This document shows, one piece after another, positions 52,541 to 64,000 of a stretch of 64,000 bases of DNA (position 1 is the stretch's first letter; each line of letters starts with the position of its first letter). Under the pieces are notes generated by a model, which saw only the letters and a program-made list of their open reading frames with translations, had not been told where the DNA came from and searched no databases. The DNA comes from Octopus vulgaris. Its lineage: Eukaryota. Location of the stretch: NCBI GenBank assembly GCA_951406725.2, contig OX597824.1, positions 5,022,001-5,086,000 on the forward strand, in the 5' to 3' direction. The translations under genes were made by a program, and so were the position numbers.

Positions 52541-53299
52541 CTACCCATGTTGAAAACCTCTGCTCTTGATCAATGACTCAAATTCATGATGTATTGAACA
52601 GCCAAAACGTTTGGTGCCCTTGCAGAGTTAAAAATTTAGGGAAAAAAAGAAAATTGTAGATCTTATTTTTATCGTTTCTGTGTATATTAAAATTATTTCA
52701 GATGAATTGTTATTACGAACTTTGTAAAAGCTTAAACTGTTTTAAATGTCTGTAGTGCTCCTAGACAAACTCTACAGTACATGGTTTGAAGAACTGCCTC
52801 AGATATTAGTGGGGAGAGAGAGGTTGTTGGATAGACAATGGCAGTTGTTCAGTTCTTTTGCATTTCTGTGTGTTAATGAAGCTGCTGCTGTTATTTTTGT
52901 CTGGTCTGAGTAGGAGGGATTGTATGTCATGGCAGTGTTGGTTTTTTTTTTTCTTTTTCGGGTGGTGTTTGTGAATGAAACATTGTTCTAACAAAGCAAT
53001 ATAACTCTTCATCCTATAGATTCGGCTCTTCTTTATTGTCTGAGATTCCTGCAACTGATGACATACATCAGGTCTTCAAAAAACCTTTAACAATTACATG
53101 TTGGCAATAAAAAGTTATACATTCCTGGGGAGAAGTTATGGATTCTGTGTCTGGGTACTCTTCCTAATGCAAGCCGCTTTACAGATTATCATGGGTCTAT
53201 TCTATTATGGCATCAGCTCCATAAATATTGTCTTATCCCCCAATAAGACTAGAAAGTTCTCTTTGTGTGTGTGTTTGGATATAATCACTGATGTGACCG

Positions 53300-53788
53300 A
53301 TGACAGTACCACCTGATTGGCACTCGTGCCAGTGGAACGTTAAAAGCACCATCTGAGTGTGATTGTTGCCAGGGCCACGGATTGGCTCTCATTCCGGTGG
53401 CATGTGAAAAGCACCATTCAAGCGTGATCATTGCCAGCATTGCCTTACTGGCAGATGTGTTGGTAGCACATGTGAAAAAAAACAAGATTCAAGCGTGGTC
53501 ATTGCCAATGCCACCGGACTGGCTCCCGTGCAGGTAGCATGTAAAAAAAACACCTTTTGAGTGTGGTCGTTGCCAGAACTGCCTGACTGGCCCTCGTGCT
53601 GGTGGCACATAAAAGCACCCACTACATTCTTGGAATGGTTGGCATTAGGAAAGGCATCCAGCTGTAGAAACTTTGCTAGATCAGATTGGAGCCTGGTGCA
53701 GCCTTCTGGCTCACTAGTCCTCAATCTGACCGTCCAACCCATGCCAGCATGGAAAGCGGACGTTAACCAACGATGATGGTGATGATGA
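53300..53788 (+). mobile_element. Family C element (about 5 internal repeats plus tail)
   Basis: Family motifs and GAT tail. Confidence 0.88.
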
Positions 53789-54119
53789 CATAATCTTTTT
53801 TTATATAGTAATTCTGTTTGAATGTAGAACTAATTTCAGTTCTAAAGATTATTGTTCTAAGTTATATTGTAAATGAAAATTTTTTTTTCATAATTAGCTC
53901 ACGTGTTTACTGTTGTATGTTTGTTTTTAATTGCTTAGTCAGAGGATGGAGAGTAAGCAACCATGACTTTTTTTTTCTTTCAAACTTGTTGGCGAAGGGA
54001 AGGAGAAAAATAAGGTTCATGGTTTGTGTCTGTAAGAATCAGTGAGTTGATAACAAGGTATTTGGGCTAAATTCGATAGTTTGCATAAAAAGGAAAGAAA
54101 ATTCAATATCCCATCCAAA

Positions 54120-54860
54120 AATTAAAGTATTTAAAACAAAAAAAATATCGATTTGGTTATGGCTGGGAGATAACGGTTTAATCAGAGGAGTGGCCATCCT
54201 CAGCGTCCACCAAGATGGCTCTGGAACTTGGTGCAAGCATTCTTCATTGTATCCTTGGGAAGATCTTTGAACACCTCTTTGATCTTGGCTGTTGGCACTG
54301 CCTTGGTGTTGCTCACAGAACAGTTGACGTCTTTCTCAACTGTACCCTACACATAATAATCCATGGGATTACAGGTGAAGTTAATTAGGGGACCAGAAAT
54401 TGAGGCTGATTAAGTTGTAGAAATTCTCTGACAACCACTTCTGACTTGCAAGGAACTAAATCCTGCTGCCACATATGGCATTCCAGCAGATATATGAGCT
54501 TGAGTGACATCACCTTCACTGGAGACACTCCAAAAGACCATCACCTTCTTGTTGGCCATAGCTTCGTAGTTTCCATTGCAGCTGTTCTTGTCCTGTCTTA
54601 TAGCCTTTAGTGTTCACAGAGTATTTGAATAACAGTCATGATGTTGGCATTTTGCTACTCAGTGCAAATCATAATGATACAGGTATCTACCTTCCAATAT
54701 TCAGGTGGTTCCCAGTCCTCCATCTCAAGCTTTTTTTTTCTTTTAAACTTTTAATCTTTATGCTCTCCAGCACCTTTGACTGTTCACCGATACATCAAGC
54801 TGTTTCTGAAAAAAATGAAACCTAAAACCTCATCAAATTTGGCTCCAAAACCCCATATAT
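54120..54860 (-). mobile_element. Decayed Tc1/mariner (maT/DD37D-like) transposon
   Basis: Broken minus frames give SQKWLSENFY..FWSPN, CNPMDYYV*GTVEKDVN and AKIKEVFKDLPKDTMKNACTKF. Confidence 0.8.
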
Positions 54861-54960
54861 TATTGTTCTTAGATGAGAGATCTGGTCGAAGTGCTTTTGA
54901 CTGTAGACTCCTCTAGAGTCAACCATGTGCCAGATGATGGTGTTAGATCTGGTGGGAGCT

Positions 54961-55282
54961 TCATCATCATCATTTAGCGTCCGCTTTCCATGCTAGAATG
55001 GGTTGGACGGGTCAACTGGGGTCTAGGAAGCCAGAAGGCTGCACCAGGCTCCAGTCTGATCTGGCAATGTTTCTACGGCTGGATGCCCTTTCTAACGCCA
55101 ACCACTCCGTGAGTGTAGTGGCTGCTTTTTACGCGCCACCGGCACAGGTGCCAGACGGGGCTGGCAAAAGGTCACGGTCAGATGGTGCTTTTTACATGCC
55201 ACCAGCACGGGGGCCAGGTGAGGCTGGCAACGGCCATGAACGGATGGTGCTTTTTATGTGCCACCGGCACGGGGGCCAGGCG
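54961..55282 (-). mobile_element. Family C element
   Basis: Family motifs. Confidence 0.88.
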
Positions 55283-55697
55283 AGGGAGAAAATATTCTGT
55301 GGTGCCCCAAAATATTTTCTATATTCAAAATATGCTGATATAGCACAGATTTAAGTGATTCTTTTCATCCATGCAGGTCAAATCAATTGGTCTTGGAGCT
55401 CGGCCAATGTAGAGGTATTCATCATTTTTATTATCCAGTTTCCCATGCTTGCACAGGTCAATTCAATTATATCGAGACAGATCTTCTCTGGCCGGATGCC
55501 CATCCTGTTACCAACCCTCACCCATTTCCAGGCAAAGTAATATTTCCCCAGGGTCAGGCATAATTTTCCAGAATATTGGAAATTAATGAAACTGTGATGC
55601 TCATTTACAACTTTCACCTGGAGGTCAAGCGGAGACACACTCTCTCATACACATACACATGCATTTATATTATATGCTCCTTTTAGTTTCTGCTGAA

Positions 55698-56145
55698 AAG
55701 GCACCTGCCCAGCCTGGGTATATTGTGGAAGGCACCTGCCCAGCCTGGGGCTATTGTGGAAGGCACCTGCCCAGCCAGGGGCTATTGTGGAAGGCACCTG
55801 CCCAGCCTGGGGCTATTGTGGAAGGCTCCTGCCCAGCCTGGGGCTATTGTGGAAGGCACCTGCCCAGCCAGGGGCTATTGTGGAAGGCACCTGCCCAGCC
55901 AGGGGCTATTGTGGAAGGCACCTGCCCAGCCAGGGGCTATTGTGGAAGGCACCTGCCCAGCCTGGGGCTATTGTGGAAGGCACCTGCCCAGCCTGGGGCT
56001 ATTGTGGAAAGCACCTGCCCAGCCTGGGGCTGTTGTGGAAGGCTCCTGCCCAGCCTGGGGCTGTTGTGGAAGGCTCCTGCCCAGCCTGGGGCTGTTGTGG
56101 AAGGCACCTGCCCAGCCTGGGGCTGTTGTGGAAGGCACCTGCCCA
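55698..56145. repeat. 31-bp minisatellite, about 14.5 copies, inside a SINE B remnant
   Basis: Unit AAGGCACCTGCCCAGCCTGGGGCTATTGTGG. Confidence 0.96.
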
Positions 56146-56565
56146 AGATTCCAAACAGTTGACTAAACCTGAAACCATGTGGTTTCAAATTCCTTAATCC
56201 CACAGCTATGCCTGCAATGTATGGAGATATATTTCATATCTGTCCTTCCTACATTAGAAATGCATGGAAGTGAGTGGGTGTAATCAGCCATATTAAGTAT
56301 TATTTCTTGAAAGGTGTTGTCTTTCAGAGCCAATCAAGAAGGGTGGGGCCTTTAAGAGCAGCAAGTATTGATTGTGCTGTGAGGTTTAATTTGGTGAAAT
56401 TTTCTTTGACCTTCATCATGACTCAGACTAGAAATGAAGTTTGTGTGAAATTTAATACTGAAGTTAAAACAAAAAGGTTAGACATCTGACATTAGGACTT
56501 AAATATCTCTTCCCCAGTGCATACATACATATATGTATATATATATATGTATATGTGTGTGTGTG

Positions 56566-56598
<33 letters not shown>

Positions 56599-56751
56599 TT
56601 CTCCAAGTAACTTGCCATTTACTGTTTAACTATTGCAGTGACCTTAGTCATATCTGGAGGGGCTCTGAAGTAATAATTTTATCAAGTGTTTTATTATTGC
56701 ACTTATTTATTTTTTTTTGGTGGATGTATATATTTTTTTTGTCCTCCACAG

Positions 56752-56857
56752 GAAATTGTTTGCTTGTGTGTTCCAACTTTTGTTTGCTTCCTTCAACTTT
56801 ATATATCAACATAAGCAAAAGTGACATCTTGGAAACCCAGAGCAGAAACAAGCTTTG
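56752..56857 (+). other. Candidate second exon (106 nt)
   Basis: Acceptor ttttttttgtcctccacag, donor TG|GTAATG, open in phase with the 44795 ATG. Confidence 0.3.
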
Positions 56858-58139
56858 GTAATGTGATAACCTGGGGAACATTGGCTTCAGAATTATTCAA
56901 CTAAAAGGGGAAAAAAAAACATTTGACTTTAACTAGGTCAAATATTAAACTTGACCTAAACAAGGGTTCAGAATAATGTTCATGCTTTATACCTGCAAGA
57001 TAGGGCACATTATTTCTGTGTCTGTGTTTATGGGGGTTGGTTCTTTTGTTTTACTCCTTAAGGTCAAGTACTTATTAATTGCGTGACTAGTTTCATCAAG
57101 TGCTCTGACCACTTGAGAATTAACTAAAGCATATTAATATTCCTTCTTAAGAGTACAATGCATTTGTTCTTTTAAATCAAAAATGTTTCTCACTTTGTGG
57201 AGAAATTACTCATAACTATTCAAGTTCCCAGGTTTGTGTTGAGGCAAAGAAAATAATTCTAGAATTCAAATGCTCCTAGTGGCGAAATTGATCCCAAAAG
57301 AAATTCCAGGTGGATCTCATGGAATTTGTTGCTTGCTGGGTTGGTTCCTTAGAACTGAATTCCATACTTTCAGAAGACCCTTGTTTTTAGTTATGTCTGG
57401 CATCTTTTGTTAGTCAGTGTCCTTCTTTGCTATTTCATAATGTTAGTCATCATAACTGTTTTAAATCTTTTTTTTCTTTTTCTCCATGCTGCCTCAGGTT
57501 GAATTTGTCTATTTTTCTCTTTGAGTGTCAAACACTTGGTGCAGTCCTTCGTCATCAGACACACTCAATGACAAAGAAAACCTGCCAAGATTTGTTTGGT
57601 ATTGTTTTCTAGCTCGATGTCCTTCAAATTGCCATCCGTTGCATGGCTTGGACTGAGTGCTGTTCTATCACATCATCAGAACCAGGGTTGTCTGACAGGA
57701 CTAAAGACCACCTCTCCACACTGCATCAGTTCTTGCTCTCTTTGCTAAGTTGCCTTATTGATCCACTTTGTTTAATCCAACTCACCACTTTTCTTTTCTG
57801 ATTGTAATCTTTTTGTTATTCATACTTACACTTAAGTCGGTCTGTTCCAATATTCTTTTCTATCATTCGTTCTCTTGTGAGGCCACATTGTTTCACTGGA
57901 CATAGTCTACAGTCGATATTTATATTTTTAGATTGTCTTTGCGGTCAATAATACAATCTGTGTGCCATATGTTATCAGGTTTGTTTTGACACCAAATAGT
58001 GTGTGTGTGTGTTCAATAAGCAATATGCAATACCACATGAAAATAGGTTTCTTCTGAAATGACACAATTTTCTTTCAGGTATAATCAATTTGAACTGGTT
58101 TCTATTTACCTTTCAAGTATTTTTTTACCTCTGATATTT

Positions 58140-58282
58140 TTATATATAAAGCTGAAGTTGTCTGTGTGTGGCAGGTTTGGTAGCCTTCAATTAACACTAT
58201 CTCCTCCGAGACCCTGTGGTGCAAGTTGACCAAAATTGAGAGTATGATAGAAGAAGGCTGGCTCTTCCTTCCGCAGAAGAAA
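58140..58282 (+). mobile_element. Helitron-like non-autonomous 5' end
   Basis: TATATATAAAGCTGAAGTTGTCTGTGTG start resembles such elements; no 3' end seen. Confidence 0.4.
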
Positions 58283-59917
58283 AGATTCAAATCGGACCAT
58301 GCAGGCTGTAATAGCCCCTGTAGTCATACTGCTTGTCATTTCCTTGTTTTCATCCTCTGTTGATGCATTTCCTTCTACTTTAATGATCCCATTAAGATAG
58401 TCTCTAGGCAGTCATTTGAGCTTCAAGAAACAGCAGCTAATGCTCCCTCATTACACCCCTCTTAAAAACTGGATGGTTACAGTTGGACATGTCTTTTGAT
58501 CATATCTGTTTCGATTAGCTTACTTGGGCCTAAAGAACAATTTCGGTATTTTACGTAGTTCTTTACTTCTCCAAATCCTGTCCATTCCTGCAGGCATTAA
58601 GGCTGGTTTTCTCATAGGAAATGGTGCGGAGGTGTTGTAAGGGTTTGCGAGTATTTTCTGACATAGATGTTGACATAAATATATAGTGTAAATCTGCACT
58701 GTAAACCTTCAAACTTTGCCGCTAGCTTTCTAAATCCTTCATTTCACATGGAATTTTTGGACCTTTAAAGTTGTCTTGGATATGTCTCCCTTCTTTTGAC
58801 TGTAAATTTTGGTCTGAAAAAACATCAATTTCCCCATGTTGGTACATGTGGGGCAGACAGTTTTTTCAGTTTGATTCTGTAGTTATGGTATTCTTAGATT
58901 TTAAATATCAGTCTTGCTTCCTGTGTTTTTGAGGGCTTCTTCTGCTGAGTCTATTTTATCCAATGTACCACATGACACATTTTGCCCCATCAGGTATCAT
59001 ACAGTCACTTTTTCATCTCTATATTAAAAGCTACATGTTGCACACATCAGCAATCAATGAGGGACTCCTGGTTGTTTGATCTACAAGACCTATCTGCCAA
59101 ACATCCCTCAAATTACATCATACCACTTTGGAACGAGTGATACATTTATTAATTTGATTCTAGAATTGCAGTGGTCATGACTGGAACACCTCTGGTGCCA
59201 GGTCTTCTTTAAAAAGGCTGAACTGAGACGAAACATTGGCTCATGTCTTTTAGCCATCCCTGAAACCACTGTTGGCGCTATGACACACACTTCCATCAAA
59301 TGTCCTGTTAATTTCTGTCTCAATTCTTCCGTTGGCACAAGGCCTGAAATTCTCTGGGAGGTGGCTTGTTAATTGACCCCAGTACTTGACTGGTACTTAT
59401 TTTCAAGACCTTCCCACCTACAATGATGAAAAGCAAAGTTGACTTTGGTGGAATTCTTACTCAGCACCAGCTTAATAAGTTCATTATTTTCAAAGTTTGA
59501 AACAAAGGAAGTAATTTTCACTATAATTTTGGTAACAGAAGGTTTAATAGGTTAGTTGGCAGTAGGAATATGTTGGTAATTTCCCACATGCATTTGGTAA
59601 ATTATTTTGGAATTCTGATACCCTCTGCTTTATTGGCATATAGGGTAACACTTCAGTGTAATTTGATTTGCGTGTGTTTAAGTACTGTAAGCAAGAAAAT
59701 ATAATTCTATACAATTGCTTAGTATTTGGCCAATTTGCTGGATTCTATTTCTACCAATCCTCTTTATAAGGTGGCAGCAACATATTTCACCTCTTCTATT
59801 AGAACTGAAGAAGTTGCAGCTTATGGTGTTACTAGGGTTTGGGATCTCTTTCAGCTAGTACCCTTACCAGTGCTGTGTCTATTGGATGAAACCTTCCCAT
59901 CACTGTCCACCTATCTC

Positions 59918-60121
59918 TTTTTCTTTCTTTACTTGTTTCAGTCATTTGACTGTGGCCATGCTGGATCACTGCCTTTAGTCGAGCACATTGACCCCAGGAA
60001 CTATTCTTTGTAAGCCTAGTACTTATTCTATCGGTCTCTAAGTTACGGGAACGTAAACACACCAGCATCGGTTGTGAAGCGATGTTTGCGGGGACAAACA
60101 CAGACACACACACACATATAC

Positions 60122-60158
<37 letters not shown>

Positions 60159-60298
60159 CAGGCTTCTTTTAGTTTCCGTCTACCAAATCCATTCACAAGA
60201 CTTTGGTTGGCCCAAGGCTATAGAAGACACTTGCCAAGTTGTCACGTAGTGGGACTGAACTCGGAACCATGTAGTTTGTAAGCAAGCTATTTACCACA
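59918..60298 (-). mobile_element. SINE family B
   Basis: Tail, core and partial head. Confidence 0.92.
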
Positions 60299-62414
60299 AA
60301 ATCTGAAAACCCTATAATTTAGGGCTGAGATCAAGTTCTTTTTGGTCAAGACAAAAAGGCAACAAGGTAATCCAGTACTCTTCTCATAAGCCTAATTATT
60401 GGCCAGTGTAGTGCAGGTCATCTTGTTAATATTAAACTCTTCATCTTCAAATAGCCACTGTTATGTGGATATCTTGTTCAACTTCTGTGAGTGCTAATCA
60501 ACAATTATGGCTCATGGTTTTTAATTACCGTATATAGAACACTAGAATTGACTGTGTGTATAGAATGTAAAAACAGATTAATTTCAGTTTTTGTAATATA
60601 TTTGTTAGCTCTCTCTTAACCATTCTGTTCTGTCCCATAAAGGTAAACTATGCCACAGTCTTCCTGCATTGGTCTTTTTTAATCTATTCTTACCATAGAA
60701 TGTTTGTTCTTGTATGATAGTATCAGACCATCAGTGTGTTCTTGATGAAATTACTGTATTTTTCTTTATCATCATCATTGTTTTTTAATGTCCACTTTTC
60801 GATGCTTGCGTGGATCAGATAGCTTGTTAGTTGGATTTTTCCATGGTTGGATGTCCTTCCTGTTGCCAATTCTCACCTGTTTCCAAGTAATATAATATTT
60901 CTCCATGGCCAGACATGTCTTGGGAAAGTGGAAATGAATGGCACCACTACATGATGGTGCCACTTGCTTACAACTATAGCATGGTGTTAAGGAAAGAAGA
61001 CTGTAACACATACACACACACATCTTTTAGTTTCTGTTCATAAGGCTTTGGTCAGCCTGGGGCTATAGTAGATACTTGCGCAAGATGCCATGTAGTAGGA
61101 CTGAACCTGGAACCATGTTTTTTTTTTTTGTATAACTAATTAGAAATAGAATTGTCTGTAGCATTTGATCCTGTTTATACCTTTTCATAGAATTCCAATA
61201 AATGGTGACTGAGATTTGTGGCTTCAGATAAGTCTTGATTCTAGCATTTTTCCAACTTCATTTAATAATCTTGACTTCAATGCTTGGGTTCTTGTATAAA
61301 GTTTTCATTCTCAGTTTCCCATTTATCTTCACTTTCCATCTTCATTTCCTGGGGAAACCAGTTTCTCTGATCTTCCCTAAATGGCATCTACACAGTTTTA
61401 CTTGTCTGCTTCTTTACTCATTCGACCCTTAATGACAAGTGTTGAGTAGGTTCATTGTTACTTATCAGATGTAAGGAATTCTTCTGTAAATACTTTTTCT
61501 CTAAATTTCCTTTCTATAGCTTCCAATGTTATGTCTCTGTCCAGTTACCATCACTCGCTGGTTCAAAGAGCAAGTTTACCTTAGAATTGTGTTGTCTCCT
61601 TGGTTCTAAAATTAAAATTCTTAACATTAAATACAATACCTGTGTTCAGACTGGAATCTAAATATGGGACGATGTCAGTTTGCCCCTTGCATACTTTTAG
61701 CTCAGCCTACAGAATCTAGTCCTATCCATTATTCTTAAATATTTATGTGTTGGCTACTTGGATTTTTTTTTTTTTCATCTTGACATTTTCTGAAACAAGG
61801 GGTGGGGTAACGTAGTTGAATATCCCTGTTTTTAGGCTGTTACAAGTATTGATTTGTAGAGATTTGAAAATTTGTTTTATATATACACACACACACACTG
61901 AAGCTTTCCTTATAAAAGGAAGATGTAATAACATTGTGAAAAAAATGCTTTATTCTGACATTCTGTGTTCTATTCTATAATATATTGAGTGGAAGTTTTG
62001 ATTTTTTAACTTAGATTTATGCATGCAAGCAGCCAGCAGACACAATGTCTCCCTGACATTAGTGATTAAATGTATGCATATACACACATATGCTCACAGT
62101 TATGAGTGTATATCATTTGCTTCATAATGTCACAGACTATTGGCTTGAGATTTCTCTTTAACTTGGGTGGCTATATTCATACCCTTATATCATCATTTTA
62201 ATGTTTGCTTTGCTTGCATGGGTCAGATGGAATTGTAAGTCATATTTTCTCTATGGTTGGACATGTTTCCACAATATTGGAAACGACGGACACTACTTGA
62301 ATGACACATGCTTACAACTGTTATACACATTCCTGGCAACTGATATGTATAGATTAATTGTAGGCAAGACTCACAGTATTTCATTTTGCAATCATGATAT
62401 ACTACCAAGTATGT

Positions 62415-62760
62415 TATATCTGTGCCAGTGGCATGTCAAACCTGTGATGGTGGCACGGAAAAGCACCATACGAGTGTGATTGATGCCAGTGCTGTCTGAC
62501 TGGCTCCCATGCTGGTAGCATGTAAAAGGCACCATTTGAATGTGGTCAATGCCAGTGCTGCCAGACTGGTGCCCGTGCAGGTCGCATGTGAAAAGCACCC
62601 ACTATACTCTTGGAGTTGTTGGCATTAGGAAGGGCATCCAGCTGTAGGAACCTTGCCAGAACAGAATGGAGCCTGATGCAGCCTCTTGGCTTGCCAGTCG
62701 TCAGTCAAACCATTCAACCCATGCCAGCATGGAAAGTGGACGTTAAACGATGATGATGAC
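62415..62760 (+). mobile_element. Family C element
   Basis: Family motifs and (GAT)n. Confidence 0.88.
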
Positions 62761-63288
62761 ACTTGGTGGTCTAGTATGGTCACAAGACAAGAAGCTGTGG
62801 TCTTTCCAGCAACTGTTGTACAATGGCCAGACAAGGACACCCTTGCTCCCCCATACATTCATGACAGGCTTATTTCAGCTTGTCAACTAAATCCATTCTC
62901 AAGGCTTTGGTTGGCTCAAAGACACTGCCCAAGCAAGTTACCACACACTGATGGATCCCACTTTCATGTGGTTGGGAAGAGAGCTTCTTAACCATTCATC
63001 CGTGCCCCTGACACGTACACAGGCCAAGGCTTTATGATGGTAGGCAAATGGCTCATAATATTTTACCTTTTATTTGTTTTGGTCACTGAACTGCAGCCAT
63101 GCTGGAGCACTGCCTTGGAAGGTTGAGTCAAACACTTTGACCCCCCAGTACTTGCTTATAAGCCTGGGACTTATTTTGTTGGCTTCTTTCTCCAAACTGC
63201 TAAATTACAAGGATGTAAACACACCAACACTGGTTGTCAAACAGTGGTGGGGGACAAACAGAGACTCACACAAAGATATGTGCGTGTG

Positions 63289-63522
63289 AAGGCGTGTGGC
63301 TTAGTGGTTAGGGTGTTGGACTCCTGATTGTAAGATTATGGTTTCAATTCCTGGGCCATTATGTTTTTGAGCAAATCACTTCATTTCATGTTGCTCAGGC
63401 CACTCGACTGGCAAAACAGTAATCCTGTGACAGACTGTCATCCTGTCCAAGTAGGGAACATATATGTCTTGGAAACCATGAAACTGTTCCTATGAGTCTA
63501 TATGACTCAGAACGGAACTTTA
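63289..63522 (+). mobile_element. tRNA-headed SINE family D
   Basis: A-box TGGCTTAGTGG, B-box-like GGTTTCAATTCC, TTGAGCAAATCACTT and CCTGTGACAGACTGTCATCCTGTCC. A degenerate relative lies at 15880-16110. Confidence 0.75.
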
Positions 63523-64000
63523 TATTGATGATTGTGTGTGTGTGTGTGTGTGTGTGAGAGTTTATTTCACTTGCCATCTGCCACATCCAATCACAAGGCT
63601 TTGGTCAGCCTGAGGCTATATCAGAAGACTTCTGCCTCTTTTATCGAGTTCAAATTCTGTTGAGGTTGATAAAATATATACCAGTTATGTTCTTGGGTTG
63701 ATGTAATCAACTTGCCTCCTCCCTTCAAAATTGCTGACCTTGTGCAAAAATTAGAATTTATAGTTTTGTTTTGAAAGCTTAACATAGAAGCTGTGGAGGA
63801 GTTGTTTCGTGTCTAACTGTATGTTACAATCATTTTAAAATCAGAATGACAAAAATGTTTATTTTCTTGAACAAAATATGGATCGTGTCCTTCTATTGAT
63901 TCAGACCTATGTAGGTTGACTACTTAGTGTTTGACAATTATCAAATATAAGTATATAACATTATGGTGTTGGTGTGTTTGTGTTGGGGGAAAATATTGAT

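Noticed and set aside
55659-56203. ORFs of 147-167 aa in three frames
   Set aside because: Artefact of a stop-free 31-bp tandem repeat.

Overview
Eukaryotic, AT-rich, repeat-saturated DNA. The SINE and LINE families and the (TA)n/(CA)n/(GAT)n load resemble an octopus genome; this is an inference, not a database match. Most of the window is intronic or intergenic: three main tRNA-derived SINE types, RTE-, CR1-like and CRE-like LINE fragments, Penelope-like terminal repeats with minimal hammerhead ribozyme cores, mariner/maT remnants, piggyBac- and hAT-like MITEs, and micro/minisatellites. Almost every ORF in the supplied track is a repeat artefact. The best-supported host-gene signal is a plus-strand promoter and first exon at about 44.4-44.83 kb, inside a CpG-retaining domain (about 39.6-50.4 kb) flanked by CpG-depleted DNA. 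A second gene probably occupies 0-39 kb, but its exons and strand are only tentative. No protein could be named. The most notable items are two Penelope-type hammerheads, a three-level nested insertion that includes a tRNA-headed element with Penelope-like inverted ends, SINE multimers bounded by one TSD, a SINE-born minisatellite and several foldback structures.
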